Below the pieces are notes generated by a model. The model worked only from the letters and a program-made list of their open reading frames with translations. It did not search any database and had not been told where the DNA came from. A program made the position numbers and the translations under genes. Below are positions 7,736 to 16,347 of a stretch of DNA of 46,180 bases, one piece after another (position 1 is the first letter of the stretch; each line of letters begins with the position of its first letter). The DNA comes from Rhodothermales bacterium. Its GTDB lineage: Bacteria; Bacteroidota; Rhodothermia; Rhodothermales; VXPQ01. The DNA lies in the NCBI GenBank assembly GCA_040904565.1, contig JBBDTI010000028.1, forward strand, positions 1 to 46,180, in the 5' to 3' direction.

Positions 7736-9756
7736 CACGAGACTGCAATGTCTTGGGGGCGACGAAAGAGATCGGAGCATTCCACAAACTGATCCGCCAT
7801 GCCGATGAGCACCAGCCGGTCGCCGGCCTGCAGGCGAAACGATCCTGAGGGACTCCCGATGGTGCGTCCGCTGCGTCGAACGGCCAGGACCGTCAGACCG
7901 TACCGCTTGCGAAGCTCCAGCTCTTCGAGCGATTTTCCGACGACCTTAGAGCCCTCCCGAACGGCGACTGCGCGGGTATGGAGACCCTCTTCGTCCAATC
8001 CCTGAAGCACCATCATGTGGGCTTCCTGGATACTCCCTCGAATGATGCCGTAGTCGTCCGCCCGGATCAGGTTCACCTGCTTGGCCACCTCCTCGGGCGG
8101 TATCATGTAGGCGTTCAGTACGTTGGAGAACAGGCGCACGGACGTTTCCAGCTCTTCGGGGATCACGACGTCCGCACCCGCTTCCTGCAGGCGCTCCACT
8201 TCCGCGAGGAAGCGTGTGCGGGCGAAGATCTGAAGGGTCGGATTCTCGTGGCGGGCCAGTCTTACGATGCGCAGCGTGGCATCCCGGTCGTTTATGGCCA
8301 CCACGACCGTTTTGGCCTTGTGGATGCACGCCGCCTCCAGGATGGCCAACCGCGTGGCATCGCCGTAGAGTACGGGAATACCGTCCTTCATCGCCTCGTC
8401 CACCGAGTTGGGGTTCAGCTCGACGACGATAAACGGGATTTTCGTATTGCGCAACACCTGGACGAGCCGCTTCCCGGCCGGACCGAAACCGACCACGATC
8501 ACGTGATCCTCAAACGCGTCCTCCTCCGTCGCCGTCGGCTCCGCATCGCGCTTGAACGGCAGGATTCCGGCGAGTCGCGTTCCGAATGAGGGGGCAGCTT
8601 CCATCAGGAACGGCGTCGCAACCATAAGCAGCACGGCCACGGCAATGAACCCCTGGTCGCCTATCTCTCCGAGTCCGGCCGGAGTGAGGCCGACCTCCTG
8701 ACCGGCACGCTGGAGCACGAACGAAAACTCTCCGATCTGGGCGAGCGAGAGCCCGGAAATAAACGCCGTCCTGGCCGGGTAGCCGAGCGCAAGAATGCTC
8801 CCGCTCGTCAGAATGAACTTGACGATCAGCACGGCGGCGGCGATGCCGAACGTGATGAACGGATGCTCCAGAATGAAGCCGATGTTGAACAGCATGCCGA
8901 CCGACACGAAGAAGACAGCCGTAAAAATCGTGCGCAGCGGGAGAATCTCGCTGAGGGCGTGCTCTCGATAGCGGCTCTCGCTTACGATGAGACCGGCGAG
9001 AAAGGCCCCGAGGGCCAGACTGACGCCGAAGAGACTGGTCAGCCAGGCCGTCCCGAAACAAAGTGCTACGACCACGAGCAGGAACAGCTCCTGCCGGCGC
9101 GTTTCCGCCACCCATCCCAGGATCTTCGGCACGACGATCCGCGCGAGCACGATAACCCCGGAGATGATGAGCAGCGCGCGGACCAGAACCCACACGATGG
9201 CGAATCCGGATCCCTCGCCGCTCAGCAGCGGCACCAGGAGCACCATGGCGATGATGGCAAAGTCCTGAAAGATGAGGATGCCGAGGGAAAGCTTTCCGGA
9301 CGGCGTGTCCGTCTCGGCCCGATCGCTGAGCAGTCCGAGGACGATGGCCGTGCTGCTGAGTGCCACCAGGCAGCCGGTAAACACAGCCGTCTGCCAGTCC
9401 ACGCCCAGCACCGCAAGCACACCGACGGTCAGCGCGGCGGTCGAACCCACCTGCAGGCCACCGCCGGAGAGAATAAATCCGCCGATCCCTTTGAGCTCCT
9501 CCAGGCTGAACTCGACGCCGATGGTAAAGAGAAGCAGGATGACGCCGATCTCAGCCAGATAATTGACGAGTTCGACGTCCTCGACGACACCGAATGCGAA
9601 CGGGCCGATAATGGCGCCGGTAATCAGATACCCTACGATGGGCGCGAGGCGAATCCGAAAACAGAGATAGGCAATGAGCCCGCTGAGCGCGAAGAGCGCG
9701 ACGAGCTCTCCGAGAAACGGAAGCGTGACGGCGGCTAGTACCGGACTCGACGGCAT
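7735..9756 (-). CDS. CPA2 cation:proton antiporter (Kef-like) with TrkA-N and TrkA-C domains
   Basis: 'AEIGVILLLFTIGVEFS', 'LSSTAIV', 'LIFQDF', 'LAQIGEFSFV', RCK 'HVIVVGFGPAG', TrkA-C 'GKSLEELELRKRYGLTVLAVRR'. Confidence 0.93.
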   Translation of the reverse strand: MPSSPVLAAVTLPFLGELVALFALSGLIAYLCFRIRLAPIVGYLITGAIIGPFAFGVVEDVELVNYLAEIGVILLLFTIGVEFSLEELKGIGGFILSGGGLQVGSTAALTVGVLAVLGVDWQTAVFTGCLVALSSTAIVLGLLSDRAETDTPSGKLSLGILIFQDFAIIAMVLLVPLLSGEGSGFAIVWVLVRALLIISGVIVLARIVVPKILGWVAETRRQELFLLVVVALCFGTAWLTSLFGVSLALGAFLAGLIVSESRYREHALSEILPLRTIFTAVFFVSVGMLFNIGFILEHPFITFGIAAAVLIVKFILTSGSILALGYPARTAFISGLSLAQIGEFSFVLQRAGQEVGLTPAGLGEIGDQGFIAVAVLLMVATPFLMEAAPSFGTRLAGILPFKRDAEPTATEEDAFEDHVIVVGFGPAGKRLVQVLRNTKIPFIVVELNPNSVDEAMKDGIPVLYGDATRLAILEAACIHKAKTVVVAINDRDATLRIVRLARHENPTLQIFARTRFLAEVERLQEAGADVVIPEELETSVRLFSNVLNAYMIPPEEVAKQVNLIRADDYGIIRGSIQEAHMMVLQGLDEEGLHTRAVAVREGSKVVGKSLEELELRKRYGLTVLAVRRSGRTIGSPSGSFRLQAGDRLVLIGMADQFVECSDLFRRPQDIAVS

Positions 9757-9772
9757 GCTGGATGAGGTCGTA

Positions 9773-11095
9773 TTAAACGCGTTCGGGGGACTTCGCCTTA
9801 AAGACGAGGGTCAGGGGCACGCCGACGAAACCGAAGGCTTCGCGCAGCTTGTTCTCCAGATACCGACGGTACGATTCCTTCACGCCGCGCGGATAATTGC
9901 AGAAAAAGGCGAACACGGGAGGGTTCGAGGCCACCTGCGTTACGTATTTGATCTTGACGAACTGATTCCGATACGTCGGCGGGTGATGCTTCGCGATCGC
10001 GTCGAGCATCATCTCGTTCACCTTGTGCGTGGGAATCCGTCGCCGGCGCTGGGCATCGACCTCCACGGCCGTCTTGAGTACGTTGTAGACGCGCTGCCGC
10101 GTGATCGAAGAAACGAAGAGGACGGGCACGTAGTCGAGCATCGGCAGCCGGTCGTAGATGTAGCGCTGATAATCCCGCGCCGTGTTCGTCTCCTTGTCTT
10201 CGACGAGATCCCACTTATTGACGACGATGATGAGACCTTTGCGCAGGTCTTCGGCCTGCTTGAGCACACGGATATCCTGCGCCTGGAGGCCTTCGACGGC
10301 GTCGAGCAGCAGCACGGCCACGTCGCACTCTTCGATGGCTCTCTGCGTACGAAGCGTCGAGTAGAATTCGACGTTCTCGGATACCCGGGCCCGCTTCCGA
10401 AGACCCGCCGTATCGATGAGCACCATCTCCTTGCCCTCGAAATCGATGACGGAGTGAATGGCATCGCGCGTCGTTCCGCGTATCTCCGTCACGATGGAGC
10501 GGGGAAAGCCGAGGATGGCGTTGGTAAAAGACGACTTGCCGACGTTGGGCGTACCGATGACGGCGACGTGGAGGCGCTCGTCGTCCCTCGCCTCGTCCGC
10601 CTCCTCAGGCAGGGCGGCGATCAGATCGTCGAGCAGCTCGCCGGTGCCCGTACCGTTGACGGAGCTAACGGAATAGACGTCACCGAGCCCGAGCTGGTAG
10701 AATTCGCTCGCTCCCCATCGCCGCTCCTCGTTGTCGGCCTTATTGGCGATGACGAACACGGGTTTCTCCGTCCGCCGGAGCACCCTGCTCAGCTCCTCGT
10801 CGAGGTCCGTGATGCCGGTTGTCACGTCGACGACGAGGAGGATGGCATCCGCCTCGTCGAGGGCAATGTGGACCTGCTCGCGAATGGCGGCCTCGAACCG
10901 TTCCGCCGAGTTGGGTACGAATCCGCCCGTATCTACGGCGTTGAACGTAACCCCCGCCCATTCCACGGAGCCGTAGACGCGGTCCCGCGTCACGCCGGGC
11001 TCGTCGTGCACGATAGCCTGGCGCGCCTCGACGAGGCGGTTGAAAAGCGTCGACTTGCCCACGTTCGGGCGGCCGACAATAGCTACGAGGGGCAT
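9773..11095 (-). CDS. der: Ribosome biogenesis GTPase Der (EngA)
   Basis: Two G domains (GRPNVGKS/DTGG/NKAD and GTPNVGKS/DTAG/NKWD) plus a KH-like C-terminus. Confidence 0.98.
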   Translation of the reverse strand: MPLVAIVGRPNVGKSTLFNRLVEARQAIVHDEPGVTRDRVYGSVEWAGVTFNAVDTGGFVPNSAERFEAAIREQVHIALDEADAILLVVDVTTGITDLDEELSRVLRRTEKPVFVIANKADNEERRWGASEFYQLGLGDVYSVSSVNGTGTGELLDDLIAALPEEADEARDDERLHVAVIGTPNVGKSSFTNAILGFPRSIVTEIRGTTRDAIHSVIDFEGKEMVLIDTAGLRKRARVSENVEFYSTLRTQRAIEECDVAVLLLDAVEGLQAQDIRVLKQAEDLRKGLIIVVNKWDLVEDKETNTARDYQRYIYDRLPMLDYVPVLFVSSITRQRVYNVLKTAVEVDAQRRRRIPTHKVNEMMLDAIAKHHPPTYRNQFVKIKYVTQVASNPPVFAFFCNYPRGVKESYRRYLENKLREAFGFVGVPLTLVFKAKSPERV

Positions 11096-11107
11096 AACGT
11101 ACCGCGT

Positions 11108-11923
11108 TTAAAGGCGGTCTTTTCTTTCGAGATAGAGTCCACGAAAGAGCATGTACGCCGCTTGAGCGGTTTCGTTTGTGAACCAGTAGTTGATTCCGGC
11201 CCCGACGGCCGCGCCGGCGACGGGGATGGTCTGCCCAACCTTGCGTTCGATGACGTTCTTGGCGATCTCGCGAGGCAGATGCCTGTTCTGATCGCGGAAC
11301 GTGCCTTTCACGCGGCCTCTGTACTCCTGCTCGTGGGCGAACGCGGCGGCCGCGACGCTAATCTCGCGCAGGGCATCCGACTTGGCGTCACGACTCCCCG
11401 AGGCTGCTACGTTGTAGATAGACAGTACGAGCGGCCTGAACGCGGGGCCACGCATGGGAAACCCGTAGCTGGCACCGATCTGTTGAATCAACCTGAAGTT
11501 GATCGTAAACAGCAGCGGAATGTCCGCGGCGATGAGAAAGGCACCGCCCAGGCCGGTGCCGCCTCCTTCAATGGCCGCCAGAATGGCATTCTGTGTAAAA
11601 TGCGAGCGCGCGATGGGATCCAGTTTCTCGAGCGGGACGTCGCGAAGGTCCTCGGCGGACGAGACGTCGACGTCACGCTTCGCTGCGGCGGACAGGACGT
11701 CGTCGGCGTCGTACGTCCACTCCGATGCGTCGTTCAGAAAGGATAGAAACTGGGACACGGCCTCGCTGGCCCGGTCGATCACTTCAGGGGGTACGGTCCG
11801 CTCGACGACCCAGTCCAGCGGCTTCATGGCCCAGTTCATGGCCTGCGAGAGGACGGTGCCGTCCCCACGCTGCCATTTCTCGATCTCGAGCCGGGCATTT
11901 TTTTCGTAGTCGCTCAGACGCAA
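11108..11923 (-). CDS. EcsC family protein
   Basis: 'AAIEGGGTGLGG...ADIPLL...IGASYGF' and 'IPVAGAAVGAGINY'. Confidence 0.8.
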   Translation of the reverse strand: MRLSDYEKNARLEIEKWQRGDGTVLSQAMNWAMKPLDWVVERTVPPEVIDRASEAVSQFLSFLNDASEWTYDADDVLSAAAKRDVDVSSAEDLRDVPLEKLDPIARSHFTQNAILAAIEGGGTGLGGAFLIAADIPLLFTINFRLIQQIGASYGFPMRGPAFRPLVLSIYNVAASGSRDAKSDALREISVAAAAFAHEQEYRGRVKGTFRDQNRHLPREIAKNVIERKVGQTIPVAGAAVGAGINYWFTNETAQAAYMLFRGLYLERKDRL

Positions 11924-11975
11924 CGGCCTGTACCTCCTGGTTCTATTCGTTCCAATCGCCGACTGCGCGTCGGCA

Positions 11976-13445
11976 CTACGTCATGATCTCGTATTTCTTC
12001 AGGAGCCGGTACATCGTCGCGCGCCCGATGCCGAGCTCGACGGCCGCCTTGTCGACATTGCCCTCACAAAGGTCGTAGGCACGTTCGACGGCCTGCCTCT
12101 TCAGATCTTCCAGCGACTTGATCTCCTCTCCCGCATCGCCGAGTACGACGGCCGGAGCCTCGTTCGAGCCTTCATCCTCTATTATATCGTCAGCGTCGTC
12201 GTCAAGTTGCGCGCCATCGCCGCCGGCGGCCTCGGCGAGCGTCATGCGTTCCGTCCACGGCGAAATGGCCGACGTACCGTTGAGCATCAGATCGTCCGCC
12301 TGGATCTCGTCGTCGTCAGAGATGAGAATGGCGCGCTCCACGGCACTTTTCAGCTCACGCACGTTGCCCGGCCAGGAGTAATCCGTGATCGTGCGCCGAG
12401 CACTGGACGACAGCTTCTTACCCTTGAATTCCGGGTACTGATTGACGTATTCCTTCAGGAAATGTTTGGCAAGAACGAGTACGTCCTGCCCTCGCTCCCT
12501 GAGCGGAGGAAGCGGGATGGGATACTGGAACAACCTGTAATAGAGATCTTCGCGGAACGTGCCTTCGCGAATCATCGGGATCACGTCCCGATTCGTGGCA
12601 CAGATCACGCGGGCGTCGAACTCGATCGTCTCGTTCCCACCAACGCGCTGGATCTCCCGGTTCTGCAGCGCACGCAGCAGCTTCGCCTGGAGGTCCAGGT
12701 CCAGCTCCCCGATTTCATCCAGAAAGATCGTTCCCCCGTCTGCCTGCTCGAACTTGCCAATCTTGCGGGTGTGGGCGCCGGTAAAAGATCCCTTTTCGTG
12801 GCCGAAGAACTCGCTCTCCATCAGCTCGCGGGGAATGGCCGCGCAGTTGACGACCACGAAAGGGCCCTGCTTTCGAGGGGAGTTGAAATGGATGGCCTTC
12901 GAGACGAGCTCCTTGCCGGTGCCGCTTTCTCCCTGAACCGCTACCGTGATGTCTCCCCGAACGGCCTTCGAGATAAGCCGATAGACCTGCTCCATGGCGG
13001 CGCTGTCGCCGATGAGCTCTCTGAGTCCGTATTTTCGCGAGACTTCGCCCCGCAGCGTCTCGAGCTCGCGCTCCATGGATACCCGTTCCGCCACATTACG
13101 AACGACGGTATCCAGCTTGACGAGATCGTCCTGACCTTTCGTGATGTAATCGTACGCACCCAGCTTCATCGCCTCGACGGCGACGTCGATCGCCCCCTGC
13201 GCGGACACCATCACGACGTGGACGTTCGGCTTGCGCTTGACGACTTCCTTGAGCGCGTCGACCCCACCGATGCCCGGCATCATGATGTCGAGCAAGACGA
13301 GATGCGGATCCTCGTCGAGTCGCTCCAGCAGCTCTTCGCCGCTCGAAAGAACGGTCACCTCATAGGCGTCATTCTTATCGAGCCGGTAACTGAGAAGTCG
13401 CGAGTAGTGTCTGTCGTCGTCGACGACGAAAACACGAAAGCTCAT
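11976..13445 (-). CDS. Sigma-54-dependent response regulator (NtrC family: REC-AAA+-Fis HTH)
   Basis: REC 'VVDDD...LLDIMMPG', Walker A GESGTGKE, GSFTGA loop, 'FLDEIGE', 'WPGNVREL', HTH 'AAVELGIGRATMYR'. Start set at ATG 13445. Confidence 0.95.
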   Translation of the reverse strand: MSFRVFVVDDDRHYSRLLSYRLDKNDAYEVTVLSSGEELLERLDEDPHLVLLDIMMPGIGGVDALKEVVKRKPNVHVVMVSAQGAIDVAVEAMKLGAYDYITKGQDDLVKLDTVVRNVAERVSMERELETLRGEVSRKYGLRELIGDSAAMEQVYRLISKAVRGDITVAVQGESGTGKELVSKAIHFNSPRKQGPFVVVNCAAIPRELMESEFFGHEKGSFTGAHTRKIGKFEQADGGTIFLDEIGELDLDLQAKLLRALQNREIQRVGGNETIEFDARVICATNRDVIPMIREGTFREDLYYRLFQYPIPLPPLRERGQDVLVLAKHFLKEYVNQYPEFKGKKLSSSARRTITDYSWPGNVRELKSAVERAILISDDDEIQADDLMLNGTSAISPWTERMTLAEAAGGDGAQLDDDADDIIEDEGSNEAPAVVLGDAGEEIKSLEDLKRQAVERAYDLCEGNVDKAAVELGIGRATMYRLLKKYEIMT

Positions 13446-13494
13446 GCCGAATCCGAGTTGGTTTGTGGGTCTCGAGCAATATAAGCGTCGAGCG

Positions 13495-13517
13495 CATTGT
13501 ATCAAATTGATACAATG
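13495..13517. promoter_or_regulatory. Perfect palindrome, probable transcription-factor operator
   Basis: CATTGTATCAA-A-TTGATACAATG, 50-72 bp upstream of the sigma54 regulator ATG. Confidence 0.7.
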
Positions 13518-13629
13518 GGACCCTACAGACAGAGTATCGGATGGCGGGTGGACGAAGTTAAGCGATCGCGAAGGGAGCGCACCGATGCCGGAGAACGGGC
13601 CTTGGGGGGCGAGCCCCATGAACCGCCAT

Positions 13630-14436
13630 TCAGAGAAGCAGCAGTCCGAGTCCGCCTAAGGCAAAGCAGTAATATGCGAAATAGGAGAGGTTTCCTCGCC
13701 GCACGAAATCGAGCACGATCCGGATCGCCGCGATGCCGGCGACGTAGGCGATTGCCGTGCCGATGAGAATCGGCAGCAGGCGGCCCGAAAGGCCGACGTC
13801 CCACAGTTTCAGGGCCTCAATCCCCGTCGCGCCTACGATGACGGGAAGCGACATGAGAAAGGAGAAGTTGGCCGCCTTTTCCGGAGTCACGTTCTGATAC
13901 AGCGCGGTACAGATAGTCGATCCTGACCGCGAGATGCCGGGAATCAGGGCGGCCGCTTGCGCGGTCCCGATGACGAGCGACTTAAGGGGCGTGAGCGGCC
14001 CCTCCGGATCCTTCCGGAGGAGGGTCAAGAGCAGCAGCGTGCCGGTGACGAGCAGCATGGCGCACGTCAGACGTGGACTCCCGAAGGCCGATTCGAGCTG
14101 TTCGTCGAACAGCACGTAGATGAGCCCCGTGGGCACCATCGTGATGAGGATGAAGACGCTGAACCTGAAATCGGCCTTTTCGCGATAGTATTCCGGGATC
14201 TTCGCCGGGCGAATGAGTCCTGCCCACGCTCCGGCCAGCAGCTCGACGATGCGGTGCCGGTATACCGTTACGATGCTGAGCACCGTGCCGAAATGCACGA
14301 ACACCTCGAACGTGATGCCACTCGCTTCGAGGCCGAGCAGGTGCTGGGCGAGGACGAGGTGTCCCGACGAAGACACGGGAAGAAATTCGGTAAGCCCCTG
14401 GATGAGTCCAAGCAGGGCGGCTTCCCACCACGACAT
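13630..14436 (-). CDS. uppP: Undecaprenyl-diphosphate phosphatase
   Basis: 'GLIQGLTEFLPVSSSGHL', 'PGISRSGST', 'FSFLMSLP'. Confidence 0.97.
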   Translation of the reverse strand: MSWWEAALLGLIQGLTEFLPVSSSGHLVLAQHLLGLEASGITFEVFVHFGTVLSIVTVYRHRIVELLAGAWAGLIRPAKIPEYYREKADFRFSVFILITMVPTGLIYVLFDEQLESAFGSPRLTCAMLLVTGTLLLLTLLRKDPEGPLTPLKSLVIGTAQAAALIPGISRSGSTICTALYQNVTPEKAANFSFLMSLPVIVGATGIEALKLWDVGLSGRLLPILIGTAIAYVAGIAAIRIVLDFVRRGNLSYFAYYCFALGGLGLLLL

Positions 14437-14539
14437 GTTAGATCCGCTTCTGGTTCGTTAATCAGGTACTTGAATGTTCGCACGGACTGGTGCTTCGTGC
14501 GCTGCGGATGTACGATACGGAATTATGGAACGGGATTGC

Positions 14540-14578
14540 GATGCCGGTTCGTGATGCCGGTTCGTGGTGCCCGTTCGT
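14540..14578. repeat. 13-bp tandem repeat, 3 copies, intergenic
   Basis: GATGCCGGTTCGT GATGCCGGTTCGT GGTGCCCGTTCGT. Confidence 0.8.
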
Positions 14579-14601
14579 CGTGCGGCGCCACGTGGCTCGA
14601 C

Positions 14602-16269
14602 CTACTCCGGAAGACGCGGCTCGACGATAACGACCTCTTCGTGTTCCACGGCGACGGCTCCCGGCCCGGCGCCGCTGGGCTTCCGCACGTGCTTCCGCTC
14701 GGCGATCATGACCGGGACGAGTCCGCTTCCCCTCGCCTTGCTGAAATATGCCGCGATGGAAGCAGCCTGGCTGACGATCCGGCGATCCGGCTGGGCGTCC
14801 CGGTTGGGAAGCCGCAGCACGGTGTGTGAGCCGGGCATCCCTCTCGCATGCATCCACAGATCGTATTTCTGTGCGTGATGGAAGGTCAGGTCGTCGTTCT
14901 GCCGGGCGTTGCGGCCGACCCAGACCTGATAGTCACCCTCGAGTTTAAACCGGCGGAACGGGATGCGATCCTCCGGACTCTCTTCGTCCGGCATGTAGCG
15001 CGACAGTTCCGCCGCACGCTCCTTCCGGAACGTGCGAATTTCGGTGAGTCCATCTACATCGTGCAGCGCCGCCAGGAGTTGCGCCGCCTCGTCCGCTTGC
15101 CGCTCGGTGTCGACGAGCCGCTTCTCGGCCTCCTCTCTGGAGCGGCGCGTGCGGCGTGCCCGATCGTAGTATTTCTCTGCGTTTTCGACGGCCGAGAGGG
15201 CGGGATCGAGCGGTACGGTGACCGGCTCGCCATCCGCGAACAGATCCTCCAGCTCGACCTCATCCGCTCCGTGGGGTACGTCGTTTGACCCGGCCATTAG
15301 CAGGTGGCCCCAGCGTTCGTACCGGTCCGCGCGGCTCTCCTTCGAAAGCTCGTCGAGCATACGCTCGAGGCTCGTGCGATAGTGATCGACCGCCTCCACC
15401 AGCGCTTTTACGACGGGGTCGTAGAGCTCGTGAAATCGGCGGCGCGCGAGCGAACGGCGCACGAAAATCCGGGCCGCGGCGTCGACGGTGTCGAACCGCT
15501 CCTCGGTATAATGACGATCGTCGCGGACGTGATGATCGACTACGTGCCGCAGTCCGATAAGGGAAAAGATCGCCGGCTCTTCGCCGTCCCAGTAGATGCG
15601 CGGCGACGGGTCGATCAATTCCTGCCGGACGCCCACGGCCGCCTCGAAGAGAGCTTCGAGGACGGCATCGTCGACGTCCGGATCGACATCCGGATCGATG
15701 CCGGCGCGCGCGGCCGTTTCCGTGCCAAGCGTCCGATCGAAAAGCGGGCACGCCGAGGCGACGGCGTGGGCGACCGTCTTGCGCCCGCGGCGCCACCGGT
15801 CCACGAACGCGTCCACCGACCCGGGCGACGGTGCGGCGCGCGGCTCGGGTGCCTCGGTCCCTGCAAGTCGGCCGTCGTCACGAAACGCTTCCACGATGCG
15901 TCCGTCTTCGACGAGAAGGACGTTGGCACGCGGGCCGAACAGGGGGATCCGCACCTCGGTGGTCCCGGCGAGGCCGATGAAGATCATGCGATCCCTGTCG
16001 GCAATCCGAACGGAGGTCACGGCCCGATCGAAGGCCTGCTCGAACAGCGTGGCCACGTTGCGTCGTGCCCTCGAGTAGCCATCGGACCGAAACACGAACT
16101 GCAGTGGCGGACGCGTACCGACGCGAAGCATCTGGTCGGCGTCCGCACGCATGAAGGCGAGTGTCAGCTCGTCAGGCTCCTGCGAGAAGACGTCGCCCAG
16201 AGAGGAACCCGACAGCATCTCCTCCCACTCCGCAACGAGCGCCCTGAGCGTATAGTAGTTGTTAATCAT
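14602..16269 (-). CDS. rqcH: Rqc2/RqcH (NFACT family) ribosome quality-control protein
   Basis: NFACT-N 'DRDR', coiled coil 'ENAEKYYDRARR', NFACT-R 'VGRNARQNDDLT...DLWMHARGMPGSH...AASIAAYFSKAR'. Confidence 0.88.
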   Translation of the reverse strand: MINNYYTLRALVAEWEEMLSGSSLGDVFSQEPDELTLAFMRADADQMLRVGTRPPLQFVFRSDGYSRARRNVATLFEQAFDRAVTSVRIADRDRMIFIGLAGTTEVRIPLFGPRANVLLVEDGRIVEAFRDDGRLAGTEAPEPRAAPSPGSVDAFVDRWRRGRKTVAHAVASACPLFDRTLGTETAARAGIDPDVDPDVDDAVLEALFEAAVGVRQELIDPSPRIYWDGEEPAIFSLIGLRHVVDHHVRDDRHYTEERFDTVDAAARIFVRRSLARRRFHELYDPVVKALVEAVDHYRTSLERMLDELSKESRADRYERWGHLLMAGSNDVPHGADEVELEDLFADGEPVTVPLDPALSAVENAEKYYDRARRTRRSREEAEKRLVDTERQADEAAQLLAALHDVDGLTEIRTFRKERAAELSRYMPDEESPEDRIPFRRFKLEGDYQVWVGRNARQNDDLTFHHAQKYDLWMHARGMPGSHTVLRLPNRDAQPDRRIVSQAASIAAYFSKARGSGLVPVMIAERKHVRKPSGAGPGAVAVEHEEVVIVEPRLPE

Positions 16270-16347
16270 TCCCCGGCCGGTCTGTGGACGCTGCGAGGAA
16301 GTCCTATGCGCGAGGATCGATTTGGTTGGGCGGCGTGCCGGTACCTT

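Noticed and set aside
9674-11746. 690-aa plus-strand ORF
   Set aside because: Antisense shadow of der and ecsC, typical of high-GC codon bias; no recognisable motifs.
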